A stretch of 64,000 bases of DNA, taken from NCBI GenBank assembly GCA_964035545.1, contig OZ037773.1:1145751-1209750 (forward strand). The letters run 5' to 3'. The stretch is from Bugula neritina (taxonomy: Eukaryota; Animalia; Bryozoa). The first letter of the stretch is position 1. Each line of letters begins with the position of its first letter. The notes under the pieces are model-generated. The model was not told the DNA's origin, did not search any database, and worked only from the letters and a program-made list of their open reading frames with translations. Below, piece by piece: positions 27,901-41,791 of the stretch. The position numbers and the translations under genes were made by a program.

Positions 27901-30900
27901 AGCTTCCGCATCAATATGATTTCAACGATTTTCAGTTTGACTATAAAGGGGTACCCGGACAAGCGTTAATAACTGAAACTCGGTACTTTTTTCAGCAGAG
28001 GTATAAACGCAACTTTAGACTGGTAATACACATATAAAAACATGGGAGAGGGTGAGATGAGCCCAGCCATAGTAACATACCCATGATGGACAGTAGAGTT
28101 ACAAGAGTTACAGGCAATACAAAAACTTGAGATTATAGCAACTGCAGTTGTGAGTTCGCTGGTAAATTGAGGTTTCAACTTGTATAATAAAACAACAGTA
28201 GAGCAAATATCTGCTCAGCCTCAAACAATTACAAACAGCAATGGTTTTCTGATGTGATGATAAAAAGACAGTGAATACAAGTATATATAATAGATTGTGG
28301 AATCAACATTTACCTGGAAAGAGCAGCTAAAGGTGTGACTTCTAAAGATTTTAATAACATTAAAGAACTGAGGCTAGGGGCTTCTTTCTCTATAACCATC
28401 TTTGTAGCCTGTGATAAGTCAAATATAACATAACAGTCTCAAATTAAATGCATGGCGGCAAGTATCACACGTACTGGAAAATCGTTATCTGTGTTAATAA
28501 CCCGACTTTTTAGCTTCGCGAGTCAAACTTTATTCAGTTCAACAGAGCTTGCCTAATCGCTATAGCCTGAGACTAACTTACAGCATCTCCTAAATTTAAA
28601 TCTAACTTAAAGACAATCCTAAACTAAACATGAAACAAAAAATGACTTGATAAAACAAGTATAATAAATATAAGGTAGAGCTTACTTGATTTTTTATGAA
28701 TCAAGTTGTATAACATATAAATAGACTAGATGATATGGTGGGTTAACAGGAAACAATGAGATTTACCTCGGGGGTGACATCCCGGGCACTGAAGCCTGTA
28801 CCCCCAGTAGTGAGGATTAGGTTCACGTAGTCTTGGATACACCACTGCAGCAGTTTAGTCTACAACACATATAATATGAGTGACCGATAAATTAGCAACC
28901 AAAGAAGAGAGACTACTGGATTAGCGTTCGACATTCACTAAGTTTATAATTCACTCAATGGAAACCACCACTCGAACAGGTGAAAATTGGTTCAATAGAT
29001 TTTTTTGGATAGAATAGCTCTTTGCCTCCATATGGAAAGTGGTCATCTGATTATAGTTGATTGAGTTCGTCTGTTATGGGAATAAGAATCAGCAACTGTG
29101 TCAGCAAACGTAACAAACAACTATATCTTTCATAAACTGGCTGAATTTTAATAAAAAACAATAATTTAATTACCTAATGTTATAGCTGCTACAAAGCATT
29201 TTGGAGCATTACAAGACATAGAATAAATGTATGACTATTTCACTGTGCAAACTGCCAATAAGGTTTTACTTTTAAGCATCATAAAATAACTTCACTTGCA
29301 ATATTGCGCTAGTCTTTTTAAATTGTAGAAATGTAGCAAAAACCAGAGCAGAGTGAGTGGAGTGAAAACACCATGTATCATCTGAACCAACATCAACCAT
29401 GTCTGTTTACACTATGAGGTGGCAATACTGATTGCATTTATGACTATTATAGGGCTGAGTAACTTGGAGTTGTCTTTTCAAAAAGAGGCAAACTCAGTAC
29501 AAATTGACGAGGGGAGCATGTGGTGTATGATACTGTTGAAGGAAAGTCAATTTAATACAATACAACATAAAATATTGCATATAGCATAATAAATATTGCT
29601 CAGTGTAGACATATTATTGTTGAATTAAAGAGAATTGAGTAAAATGTATAACTACCTGAATGAGTGTTGAATCATCAGGAACTGTTGTGTATACTATATC
29701 TTCATCCAGAGTGAGGCCCTTCAACCTGTAGTATAACAAAGTAACTTAGATTCCCAAAGATGAATACAGAGTAAAAAATAGATTGCATGACAAAATAATT
29801 TGCTAAAAAATATGACTTGTATTAGAAAAAAATTAATAGGTCTTTTTTGACATAATATTTATTTTCAAAGCTTTCCATAACCCACAACTTACCACTACAT
29901 AAGTAAGAAGTATGGACAAGTTTCAGTAGAAAATTTGCATCTTATTCATCAAACTTTATGAGTACAGTAAAAGTCACAAATAAAAAGTTGCATAAAGATA
30001 TCTTTTAAAATATAAAAAAGCAACCTAGCAAAACTTTTACCTTTGAGGGAACTCAGACAAGACCAGTTGTACAAGATTTGGCCCTGATGTGTCAGTTGCT
30101 TGTCCATTATAGCAGCTATCACTGACTACAATATGCAAACTTTAGATTACTTCCTGGTGTGGCTGTATACAGTAACTACAGTAAACAGGTTCAATAAACT
30201 AGCTTTCTAGGTAACTTAAGTTAAGGAAATGGGCCAATTTTCTTAATTTAATAAAAAATTGTGGGAAGTAGTGGTCAAAATGATTGTGCAAAAAACATAA
30301 ACTCAAAATATTTATAAAATAATCATTGTAATTTGATCCCTAAATATCTAAAATTTAATATGTTTATAGTTTGGGATAATATTCACCTTGGTATTTACAA
30401 AACAAAGTTTGCTAGTTTTTTGATTGAGTGTTGGTTAAGTTGCATGCTGATATAGTTATTATATTGGTATCATCACCATGTTCCTTTTTGCAGCTGAGTT
30501 GTTGCTAATTACAAGGTTTCTTTTTCAAATTACAAAAATAATCACTTCTAAATAGTCTATTAATACAAAAAACCTTCTTTAAACACAGTGTATGCCTGAG
30601 TGCTATTACAGGTACAATTTTATCTTGCATAAACATTCAAACAACAACTAAATAAAGTTGAGTGATGAGTCACTGTCTCAACAAAACAGGAAGCGCAACT
30701 GAGCTTATTCAAATGACTAATTTATGAGAGATAATACACAAGAGAATACACACATCAGCAACTTGGTCTTTAACAGATCAATCTCCCTAATTTGCAATGT
30801 CAAATTAAATCCATCAGCACTTGCCTTTTTCTGGTACTATTACTTGTAGCAAAGGTGGGGGAGAGGGCTACTGCTAACAGCCTCCTTTTCCTAATACATA

Positions 30901-31634
30901 CTTTGCTGAGACCACTAGGCTTAAACCGTCCCCCTCTCCCCTTGAACTTAAATCAGCTTTTGGGCTTGCATCAGCCTTAAATCAGGAGGCGTAGCACAGC
31001 AGCCAATGAACTGACTTAAGTGGCTTGACCTTGAAATTGCAGTTTGTATTTTTATTTTAGGTTGAACATAACAATATTGATAATTATAATATAGACATGG
31101 TCTTTTCTAGTTTGTCATTATTATTGATGTTATGATTATGAATAAGGATATAATCAAATTCAAATTGAAATTTTATATCACTGCCAACGTCATAGACTCA
31201 TAGTGATACTCAATGAGTTAATCTCATAGTATTAGTCATACTCATAGTGATAGACAAGTACCAACGGATTAATAATGCAATGATACTAATACTAATAGTA
31301 ATAGTGATAGTAATACTCATACTTACACTAACCCTAACTCTAAATGATACTCATAATGATTATCAGTATCACCATCGCTATCAGTATGAGCATAATACTA
31401 ATACTCATAGTCATAGTGATAGTCATAGTCATAGTGTCATACTCATACTCATACTGACTACTGATGAGACTTGGTTTGCAATATAGGATTTTCAACTCAC
31501 AAAAACATAGCTAACACTAAAAAAAACTCAACTACAAATAGTCTGCTAAAAATGTGCTCGTATTTAAAAAAAGTAATATAAGCAATAAGTACAGCTAAGT
31601 TCAAACCCGTTAGCACTCCCACTCTGAGCTTCAT
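21977..31634 (-). CDS. GPHN: Gephyrin (MogA-like G domain plus MoeA-like E domain; molybdenum cofactor biosynthesis), 16 coding exons
   Basis: The spliced translation gives [14 protein letters not shown]...[114 protein letters not shown] and LDPRPEY...[10 protein letters not shown]. Confidence 0.95.
24466..24812. repeat. 24-bp minisatellite (tactactctaccacgagttacata)n in a gephyrin intron
   Basis: About 14 copies, including shortened units near 24612-24640. Confidence 0.95.
26593..26735. repeat. 32-bp tandem repeat spanning a gephyrin intron/exon boundary
   Basis: ctagctacaccactgtcaactacaatacagac occurs 3-4 times, plus a degenerate copy. Confidence 0.9.
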
Positions 31635-31943
31635 CCTTATCTTGCAGAACTTATCGGGATTTTACCAACATATGTGACGCAGCAATGTTACTTTTTATCT
31701 TACTGTGGAGACGTTTTTGCGACGTTATTCGCTCGTACAGAGTATGCAAACACCAGGGCTACTCCGGCAGTAATTACGTACGCATAAAGCGACAAACTGT
31801 TATAGCGTAACAGTTGCAGACATCTCTAATTTGGACATGCGCCGTGCACGTACACCTAGAATATAATATAATTAATATTATAGTTATACTCTAATGAGAA
31901 TATTTTTCAATTTTATTTCTAGCAAACAAATATCGGTGTTTCA

Positions 31944-34481
31944 ATGGAGCTTTTTATGTATTATAAGTTTATGTTGTTGGTTTGCTTTGCTCAAGAAACG
32001 GTGATGCAGTCAGGTATGATATTTTAATCATCTCATTTTTAACTATTTCAAAAATGGTGACATTATGATTATTGATTATCATTATCATTATCATTATGGT
32101 TATGATTATTATTATATCACATTCAGTTTCACTATATGATTATGATATTGATAATCATAATGATAATGATATATTATCTAATATAACATTATGATTATCA
32201 TATAAGTATTAAAAATAAACTAAAAGTAAAACTTGACAATGACTATATGACTATTAGTATTAGTATTACTATTACTATTAGTGTATAAACTATGAGTATG
32301 ACTTATCATATGACTATATTGACTACTAAGAGTAAGTAATAACTACAATAAATGAATAATACCATCAATATTATTTATATTCAATTATTCAATGGAGTAC
32401 AAATAGAAGTGGTTTTGGCAATGGTTTTGATTATAATTTACTTTATGAGTTTATTAGTATTACTATAACTATAGTTATAGTTTATAAGTTAATAAGTAAT
32501 GAAGTATTATTATTAACAATATGTTATTATTATATATTGACATATATTCATATTCTTATAAAATTAAATTTTCCTTGACTTTCTAGAATATCTATAAGTA
32601 ACGTATAGACTCTAGACAGTCAAGGAATTTATATCAATATGAATTGTGATTTTTACAGTAAAGTTGGTATTGAAGCCATTTAAAGCTTAAAAATGGAAGA
32701 TGCTGAAAGAATTCATATTATATTTTATGATGCTAAGGGTAACATATGTAAATATCTTTATATAAACATAGTCAGAGTACATAAAATCAGAATTTAGCAA
32801 TAAAAAATTATACTGTTTATATGAGCTATTTATTTAAACAAGGATTGTTTTGAAATTAATGTACTTGTGATATATTCATTATACACATTTTTTAAATCAA
32901 TGAATGTAGTACATGTATGTAACATAAAACTTACAATTGAAGGATAACTTGATTACAAAAAATATTGATTGAAATGAGTCAAAAATATAATTTTTATTAC
33001 CCTGGATTTGTTAAAATTCTCTGAGATAGCAAAAATTCTCATTTTAATAACAAAAATATAGAAGGTCACCAAACGACGCATTGCTTTTTGTAGTAATCTT
33101 GCTATTGGTAAAAAGTGCAACTGTTCAGAAAGTTTGAAATGAATGCAGCTCTAGCTGTAAAACCAATTCCTTGCTGGCTGTTTTAAGCGTATATAAATTA
33201 TAGAAGGTTAGGTTTAGATGCCATGAGCTACTATTTTTGTTGCATGATATTTTTTTATCCTCAAATCTAAACAAATAGAAAAATTTTTAAAACCGTTTTC
33301 CATACGGTGTATTATTTTAGTTGAATTAACAACAAAGTCATCAGCTGAACACGCACCTAACTTGTATAAAATGGCATCGCAAAACTCAGCAGAAGCTTTC
33401 TAATTTACTATATGCCACTTTTGGGCATTTTCCCTAAATGGTATTTACAAGTAAACAATTTTACTTTGGTTTTTAAGAAGTTTATTTGCACTCGGTTCTA
33501 AGCAAACTAAAATCACTAAACTTACTTTGCAGGATGCCAAAACAATGCCTGCATTTAATATAGTTTTTAATAGAGACTTGAGCTGTCATTAAGTGTGTTA
33601 TTGACACTAGGTTATAACAAAAACATGTGATAGAGTGTTTTAACTTTTATTATTGATTGAATAATAAATCAGATGATTCCTATGTATATTTTTTGCAGAA
33701 ATGAAATGTTACACTTGTAACTATGATCTACAAACTGATCAAGTTTCGAACAAAAAGCAGGTTGGAAAAGACCATCTTGCTCCTCTGATGAAAGAAAACT
33801 GTGCTAAAGAGAGCAACCTGAAAAATTGTGCAAATGGTGTTTCAACTTGCCTCGTAGTTGCAACTGAAATAAAGTTTCGCACTACTAAAGACATTAAGTA
33901 TTTAGACAATGGTACGTAATGCTAAAATATTATAGATGTTCACGTGATAATGCCTGGATTTGTTGCTACCCTTGTCCCTATAGAAATCCTATAATTCCAA
34001 GTTATTTATGGATAGTTACTTAAGCCTTTCTGAGAGAGTTGCATTGCAAGATGCTGGCTTATACTTTGCAAACTTTGTGCAAAACCTTGAAACTTACTTG
34101 AATCTAAGTTTGTAAGCTGTCAACTTGTCTATAGACTATCTTTCTTGTTTTGCAGGAATTATTAAATTCTCTCATCAGTGTGGAAGCTCTGACGATACAG
34201 ACAAAGGGTGTCATGAGTTTTTGACTATCAGTGGAGGTGAGGATTGCTAATGCTTAGGAATTAGTTTAAATGAGTTATGATGTTGAAATTGAGGAATTTG
34301 TTTACAATATAATGCTTACTATAACACCTGATGTACACATTTTGTAGGGTATCATGCAAGATGCATTTGTGGCAATTCTGGATGCAATTCTCAACTCAAT
34401 GATGCAATTCCCCTGATGGCAAATGTCTTTCAACAGATTCTGCTTTTACTTTGTTGTCTTAGCTTAACCTTCTTGAGTTAA
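31944..34481 (+). CDS. Ly6/uPAR three-finger (quiver/sleepless-like) GPI-anchored protein (~165 aa; exons 31944-32013, 33699-33911, 34156-34236, 34348-34481)
   Basis: Signal-peptide-like exon 1, then MKCYTC ... CICGNSGCN and a hydrophobic C-terminal tail. All introns are phase 1, as is typical of this fold. The exon 1 assignment is less certain. Confidence 0.78.
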
Positions 34482-34907
34482 CATTTCAGTAAACAAATTA
34501 AAATTTTTATTTACAATAAATATTAACATGAATGCATGCTGTTAATTACGTTACATCTGAGTTGACACTCAAAAATAATAATTTTGTTAGTCATCATTTA
34601 TGTTTTGGTTTTAACCAATGTATGTGATTCCACTGATGCTGATACTCAATATGTTAAATAAATAAGTCATTTTATGAATAAATACATTATTTTATGAGCA
34701 ATGAAAAAATATGGTAAACCAATGGTTATCCATAATCTGTTTAGATGCAACAGTTCACTAAAAATAATTAAATGAATTCAAATAGCAAATAATTTTAAAT
34801 TATGTCACAATCTTACTTCACGAGTGAATCTTCTAATTATATTAATTACATTAAAATGTTGCATCAGTTTGCAAGCTAGGCTGGTAGCTGTTGACACATG
34901 TTACATG

Positions 34908-37900
34908 TTAATATGTTTGTTCTGTGTTAACACCGGTGTCATGGCGGGCTTGAGAAGATGGTGATAAAGAGAAATTCAACTCAGACGAAGACTTCTCACT
35001 GAGTCCACTCGTTTCACGAGCTACTTTGATAATTTTGTTCACAGTGATGGCTGCTAGAAGTTCTATGGCAACCTATGAGACATAAATGTTTACATGGCAT
35101 ACTCCAGATATTCATTTTTAGCTTTAAATCTATTGATTATACAAGTAAAATAATTTTCACAGCTATGTTAGTTCACCAGTTGAATAATGCTCCCATGTCC
35201 ATTCAGAAATCCTAAGTGTTAAATATATGCATATTTTTCTCTTTCCTCCCCCTCCCCTTTCTTTTATGTGTATATTCATAGGTACGCATAAATGCATATA
35301 TACCTATACACACATGTCTGTATAGGTATATAAATTATACATATGGCCTATAGGTATTTGTGTTCTTTCATGCTTGAAAATATAATTTATAAGTAACAAT
35401 GTTCACTAGAACTCCAATCATCATTCTATAGCTTTTACACACAAACCTCTTCATAACCATACTCCTGAGCAACTTGTAAAATGGCGTGCCACTGACTAGT
35501 TGAAGTCATGTGATCATTATACACAGCTTGCTTCAGCCCGTTGCCTTCTTGTCCAGTTTCATCAGCACATTTTAAGTACATTTTTTGCAGAATTTGCATA
35601 GCAATATCTTCTGCCCCTGCAGAGATTAACTCCCTAAAATAAAATATTTAAAAACTACCAACAGCTGTAGGGCATTCAATACAACTAGAGAAGTTGACAA
35701 ATTGAGTCTAAAAACAATTTCATTGTTTATTTAGCAATAAAAAAACACATGGCACTTTAGTTTGATGAGAGAATTGAAAATTTTTAAAATTTAAACTAAT
35801 GTGGCTGATTTCTTTACATTCTAATGAGCGAACTAGCCTTAATTTTGCTCCCATGTCAATAAAATTTTCGGGTGTTTGCTCTTTTATGCCACTTCAGCTG
35901 AGCATTATAATAATTTTTTGATATTCAAATGGAATTTGGTGATTTTACTCATGTTAGTATACACTACATTTTGGCCTTTCTTATGTAAATTGATGGCTGC
36001 AAAATTACATTTTTTTCCTAAAATTAATTTTATCAAATTAAACCAATTAATTGAATGTTTTTTTCTTTTTGCATGTATATTTTTCACAGCTTTCAATACA
36101 TTTTTAGCCAAAAACATAGGCTTTCATAATGTTTTTGCACCGTGGTTAGTGAGCATTATTTAATTATCAAAGAGTGATAATTTTGTAAAATTTATTAATT
36201 TATATTCTACAAATATTACAGCTATTACAACTTTTCAAATAAGATACAAAATATACAATGTTTTCATTTAATAGCCAAAATTTAGGGCAACTAGCTTTTA
36301 AGGGTAGCGGATTCACAGCCACAATCAACAACATGGTAATTATTAAAAAGTGTTTTGTTGTTGCAGGATTCTCTCTCAGCATTTTTTCCTATAGGTACAT
36401 ATTTGTAATCAGCATAAAAATACTGCCACTTGTATTAATACTTTTATCACTTGAGAAATATAAATGCTTGGTCTTACTTTGCTGGTGTACTACATAATGT
36501 AAAATGTGACCTAATTCATGCTCTTAATTAGGTCATAATATTTCTGCAAAATATAATATAATAAGTACTACCTGGTAATCATTCCAACTGGAATAACTGC
36601 AGACGTGTTAGAATCATTCCTCATCTCACAGAGAGCATAACCCAACTGGTAGCTTGGGTATGCAGTCAGAATTTCTAATAGAAGAAACACAGAATTTTTA
36701 GAACAAAATTTTACCAATTAGAAAAATTCAAGTGGAAAAATAACATTTTACATTGCGTACTTGTGTTGGGTATGTCATGTATCAAACCAAACATGCTGCC
36801 TATTACTCAAATAGCTCAGCGAAGTTTTTAGTTATAACTTTTTTACTGTATTTTCCCACAGGAATCATAGCATTTCAGTAACATTTGAAATACTTGTCAC
36901 TCTGCATACCCATATAGTCAGATGTAGTGAAGTCTTTATCTGTGGCATATTGCAGAGCTCTCTGATATAGACCTTGTCTCACCATCACGTTTACCACCTT
37001 ACGGTGCGCTAAGCAGTTGCGGTAAATAGTTTCAGCCATGTCTAAATATGTCCTGTTCTTCCCCTTGCATTTCTCAGCTATTAAATCTCCTAACTTTTCA
37101 GTCACTGTCAATCTTGTAAAATGAAACAACCTAATGACTAAATTTTGAGTATAGTAAGATACTGTTATAATATAATGTGTATAGTAAGATAGTGTTATAA
37201 TATAAGGTGTATAATATAATGCATATAATAGTATAATGGTATAATATAATGTGTATAGTAAGATAATTCTATTATATAATGTGTATAGTAAGATAGTGTT
37301 ATAATATAATGTGTATATAGTGAGATGAGGTTATTATATATTGTGTATATAGTGAGATGATACGGACAGCAATGAAGTAAAGCACAATAGAAAGTTACTA
37401 GAACCGTGAAAATACAAAAGTTTACTTGTATCAAGATAAAAACATGAGTTACCTGTCTTGCGCTATCCAATGAGAAAGCAGGTCGAGTCTATTTTCCTTT
37501 AGAACACAGGCTACACACTCCAATGACATAGTGTCGCTGGGCTTCACTCCTAGAGCCAACACTGAGGACATTATTGCATCACAAAATGCCAACCATGGAG
37601 AGCGGCCGTCTTTATTTGCTTCAACACCTGAACAAAATTGAATTGTCGGTGATAACTTTATTCAATTCAATATGAATACGTATGTATGTAGGTTTTTAAC
37701 ATCAACTACTATATAGATTTAAAAATTGCACAAATTATAAACATGCCTCGGTCTTTCATATTGTAATTTATACAAATGGACAGATATAAAACTTGCATTT
37801 GAATCTGGACATTGTTTCCATGGAGCGAAGGATGCCTTTGGGACTGTTAGCTGCATGGATAGCAGCTTCTTCATACCTCCCATCTTCAAAGAGCTCATTA

Positions 37901-40900
37901 AATTTTTCTATATACTCTAAAATCATCTCCGCTTCTTTTTCTTTAGTAGGATCATCATCTTCGACATTTGTGGTACTCAGATGGTGGTCTCTGGGCAACA
38001 GATGGTGAGGATCCACTGGAGAAATATTTTTATAATATATAAGGCTTGTAACTTCTAGGGTCACTTGAGCACTCTGACTTGAGTTTACACACCTTATAAA
38101 TATTCTTAGTAGAAACATAGGTTTCTTCTAGTATAGGCTGTGGAACTGGGTCATTTTATGTACTTAATTCACTACACATTCGAGAAAATCTCTGGTTTTC
38201 GGCTATTTTTCACAAACTAGCTGCTAATGTTTATGGGTATTTTGCCCGAAAGTAACAAATACAACAATTTATTAATCAATATTTTTCTAACTGTGCATTA
38301 TTTTTATGTTTTTTCCTAACGTTTTAGTAAATTGGGATACACATGGACCTATACTGATGATTTGTTTATCACAGTCCATGGGAAGTTCAATTCTATGCTA
38401 ACCCTGAAGAGCTGCTGTACACAGATTGAGGTATATTCTACAGATATCTGTAACTCTGTTTGGTTGGTAAGAAGCTATTATGTGGATTACTTATGAAATG
38501 GTGGCTGTAGTTCAGAAATTCAAGAGCAAACAGGCGAGTATGTCTCTCATTTATCAGAAAACAGGAATAATATTAAAGCAATGCGCTGTTGGTATTTTAT
38601 ATTCACGGAAAACATAAATACATCAGTTCACCTCAGCTTAGTAATGCATGGTGCTTGCAGTTTAGAATGAAACAACTCATAGAAACTTTGGACTAGTAAT
38701 GTGATTCTATCATAGAACAGTTTGTAAGCACACTGCTAAGATGAGCATGTAGATTTACCTGCTGCTGTTTTACTTTTGGCCAAGGCCATAATTATGACAT
38801 CAGCAATCGTTCTGTACTGTGACTCTTTACTACCCACATAGGTCATAGCGGCATCATGGGCTACCTGTTTATACAGAAAAGTCAGTACATGATTAACAAT
38901 TAAATTGAAAAATCTGCAGTAACTTTATTTTAATTAAAAAAATTAAATTTTCAGTAACTTGATTTTAATTGAAAAAGTTAAATTGACAGCAGTTGAACTT
39001 AAATTGACAAATTAAATAATTAAACATCCCAATAGCTGACTCAACGAGACTAAGTTAGATGCAGAGACAAATAACTGTTGAAGAAAAAACTGTCAGCAGA
39101 TCCGTCAAGAAAAACTCAACTCACTTTCAGTCTTTTCTGTTTGGCAATTAGCCAAGTGTTCCTTTGCAGTAACAGATCTCGCTCAGTAACTTTCTTCATA
39201 AGTTTGTCCTGTTGAACACAACCACATATAAATATGTCATATATACCAGTAACTCTATTGATTTACGATATTCAGTTATAATACAATAATAGTCAGCATA
39301 ATTAACAAAATACTCTCATAATAAAAATAAATGATATGAAGAAAATTGAACAGGCAGCAAAATTTGGTAGGTTTTGTATATTTCTTTATTAATTTTCTCT
39401 CAATAAATTGTAGCCTTCCTATGTCATTTGTCATATTTATATATAACTTTTTGTTTCAATGAGTTTAGCTATCACATGATTGGTCATTTCCTGTGTATCC
39501 CAGTTACTATAATACAGCTTAGCAGTATAACATTAAGTACTTCATTATATCTTATATCTAGCATATGACTGCCATTTGAATACCTTCAGTTCTTCTTTGT
39601 GATCTCGATCGACAAATTTTGACTTTTTGCTTTCGGAGAGCTCTTTGATTGTCGCCTCAACTTTCTGAAGCTCCCGTTGCAGGGTTGACATGTCTGTGCT
39701 TTCTTGCAGTGTTAATCCTATTGTATAACACGATAGATTACTGAATGATCATGATATATCTCCAACAACATCATAAAAATTGAATGATCATTCAACAAAT
39801 TACTTTCAACTTCCTCAAACTTGTTAAACTTTGGTGTTACTTACTTTTTGTAACTAAGCAACAAGCCCACAGAGTAAGCAATACAACAATTATGAATTAG
39901 TCGACATTGAAGGAAATATAGTTACTAAGCTCTTTGATGTTTAAGGAAGGAAAGGCAGTGCAAAATGACATTGGCATTGACAACAGTTAACATTGATAAA
40001 AAGTTTTTCTGCCTAACAAACTTAGTAGATTGAATTTCTGCTATCAATCTCACAAATTCCGAGAAACAAAACTTTCTTTTAATCTTTTCATAAAATGGAG
40101 CTAATAAGATTTAGCTGACAGATGCAACAACTCATGCCAAAAGATTGTGCGCAGAAATTCAGCTGGTGCTAAACACAGGTGACAAGTGTTGACAGGTGTT
40201 AGTAACAAACATAGTAGAGTGGCAATAACCATGATCTGCTACCTTGTACAAACTTAGATTTGGGTCGTCTCTTCTTTGCTAGGGAAGGTAAGAACTATTA
40301 ATCAAACATTGCCATACATATGCAAAGATTAAACAATATTGTTTTGGCAGACAATGATTCAACATCTCTAGAATTTCCCGAAATTGGGATTTAGGCATTT
40401 TTATAGTAAGAGGGTTTAAATTATAAATTTATGTCTGGGAATTTAACAATATTGCTTTGGCAAACATTGATTCAAACTCACTAGACTGCAACGAAATTGG
40501 AATTTAGGCATTTTCATAGTAGAAGGGGTTTAAAATATGACGAGCTGATATACCTGGTATGACTCGGGAGTCTTTCTTCGGCTGTTTTTTCTGTACTTTG
40601 ATTGGCTGTTCAGATGCTAAGAGAGCAGCTTGCCTTGCATTGCTGTACTCTTTTAGTTCTTCTCTAAGACGCTGATTGTCGGCTTTGATTACCTCAATTC
40701 TACAGAATAAAACTCCTAACGTATAACAGGAAAATAGTTTACATGTAACTTCACAATATTATTCTTGCAATGTTGATCAGCTATAAAGTTTAGACCTAAA
40801 TAAAAAATATTTACAGAAAAATTATATAGATACATGTGGAAGCATTAATATCTATAAAAATTTGCAAATGACTATGTTAAACTCTTACAGAATTAACAGA

Positions 40901-41791
40901 GAACGATATTCATTTCAAACCAGAACTAAATGATGCAAAAATAACAGTACTTTGTTTACTGTTTATTGTTTCGAAAAAGTTATAATAATTTAATAATAAA
41001 ACAGCTGCCCAAAATAAAGGCAAAGTTAAATATTGAGTTGGACAGAAGAGATTTAAGAAAAGCACGAACCTTCTGGCCAGTTCATCATGTCTACGCCTGT
41101 AGTTCCTGAGAGTGCTGGGCTCTTGAGCCATAGTCTGTATCTGGTCGTTCAGGTAACCGGCTTCAGACTTGCCTCGCTCTATCTTGTTTATAACGTCTTC
41201 ATACTCCTTCTTAATTCTAGTCAGCAGTGGCTTGTAGGCATGCACGTGGTCAATCAACTGCAAGATATTATATAAGGCAAGATAACTTGTGTGTTGTGCA
41301 AATGCCTCACTGGTAGGTTAGATACTATAAATTCAAAATATTAGTAGTGGAATCGTCACACTTTAGTTCAGCTCTGTTTATTTTGCTTTAGCATAAAACA
41401 CAAAGCGAAGTCACTTTGCAGCTAATCAAGAAACTGGGTTTTTGGTTGAAATTGAATGGAACAACTTTGCTAAATCAGCCTTTATTGGCTAATCACTATG
41501 TAGGTCATAATACCTAGTAGTCATATAGATAATATTAACTAGTAGTTATGTAGGTTATAATAACTAGTCATTATGTAGGCTCTTCTAACTTTTCGAAAGT
41601 TTTACCTTACTGAAGGCAGCATTGTGGATGATGTAACGCTGTTTTATGTCAGACGAGTCAATTTGGCTCATCTCGCCATCCATATATTGCTGCAGCTCTC
41701 TCAGAAACACTCGGTCCACTTCATTCTTTACAACAGGGGGCAGCACAGAGTACCTGTTGCTAGGCGACGGAGGGGAACTGCTCCGACTCAT
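34908..41791 (-). CDS. CLHC1: Clathrin heavy chain linker domain-containing protein 1, multi-exon
   Basis: N-terminal [32 protein letters not shown] and the clathrin-linker-like [32 protein letters not shown]; also [23 protein letters not shown]. Confidence 0.85.
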
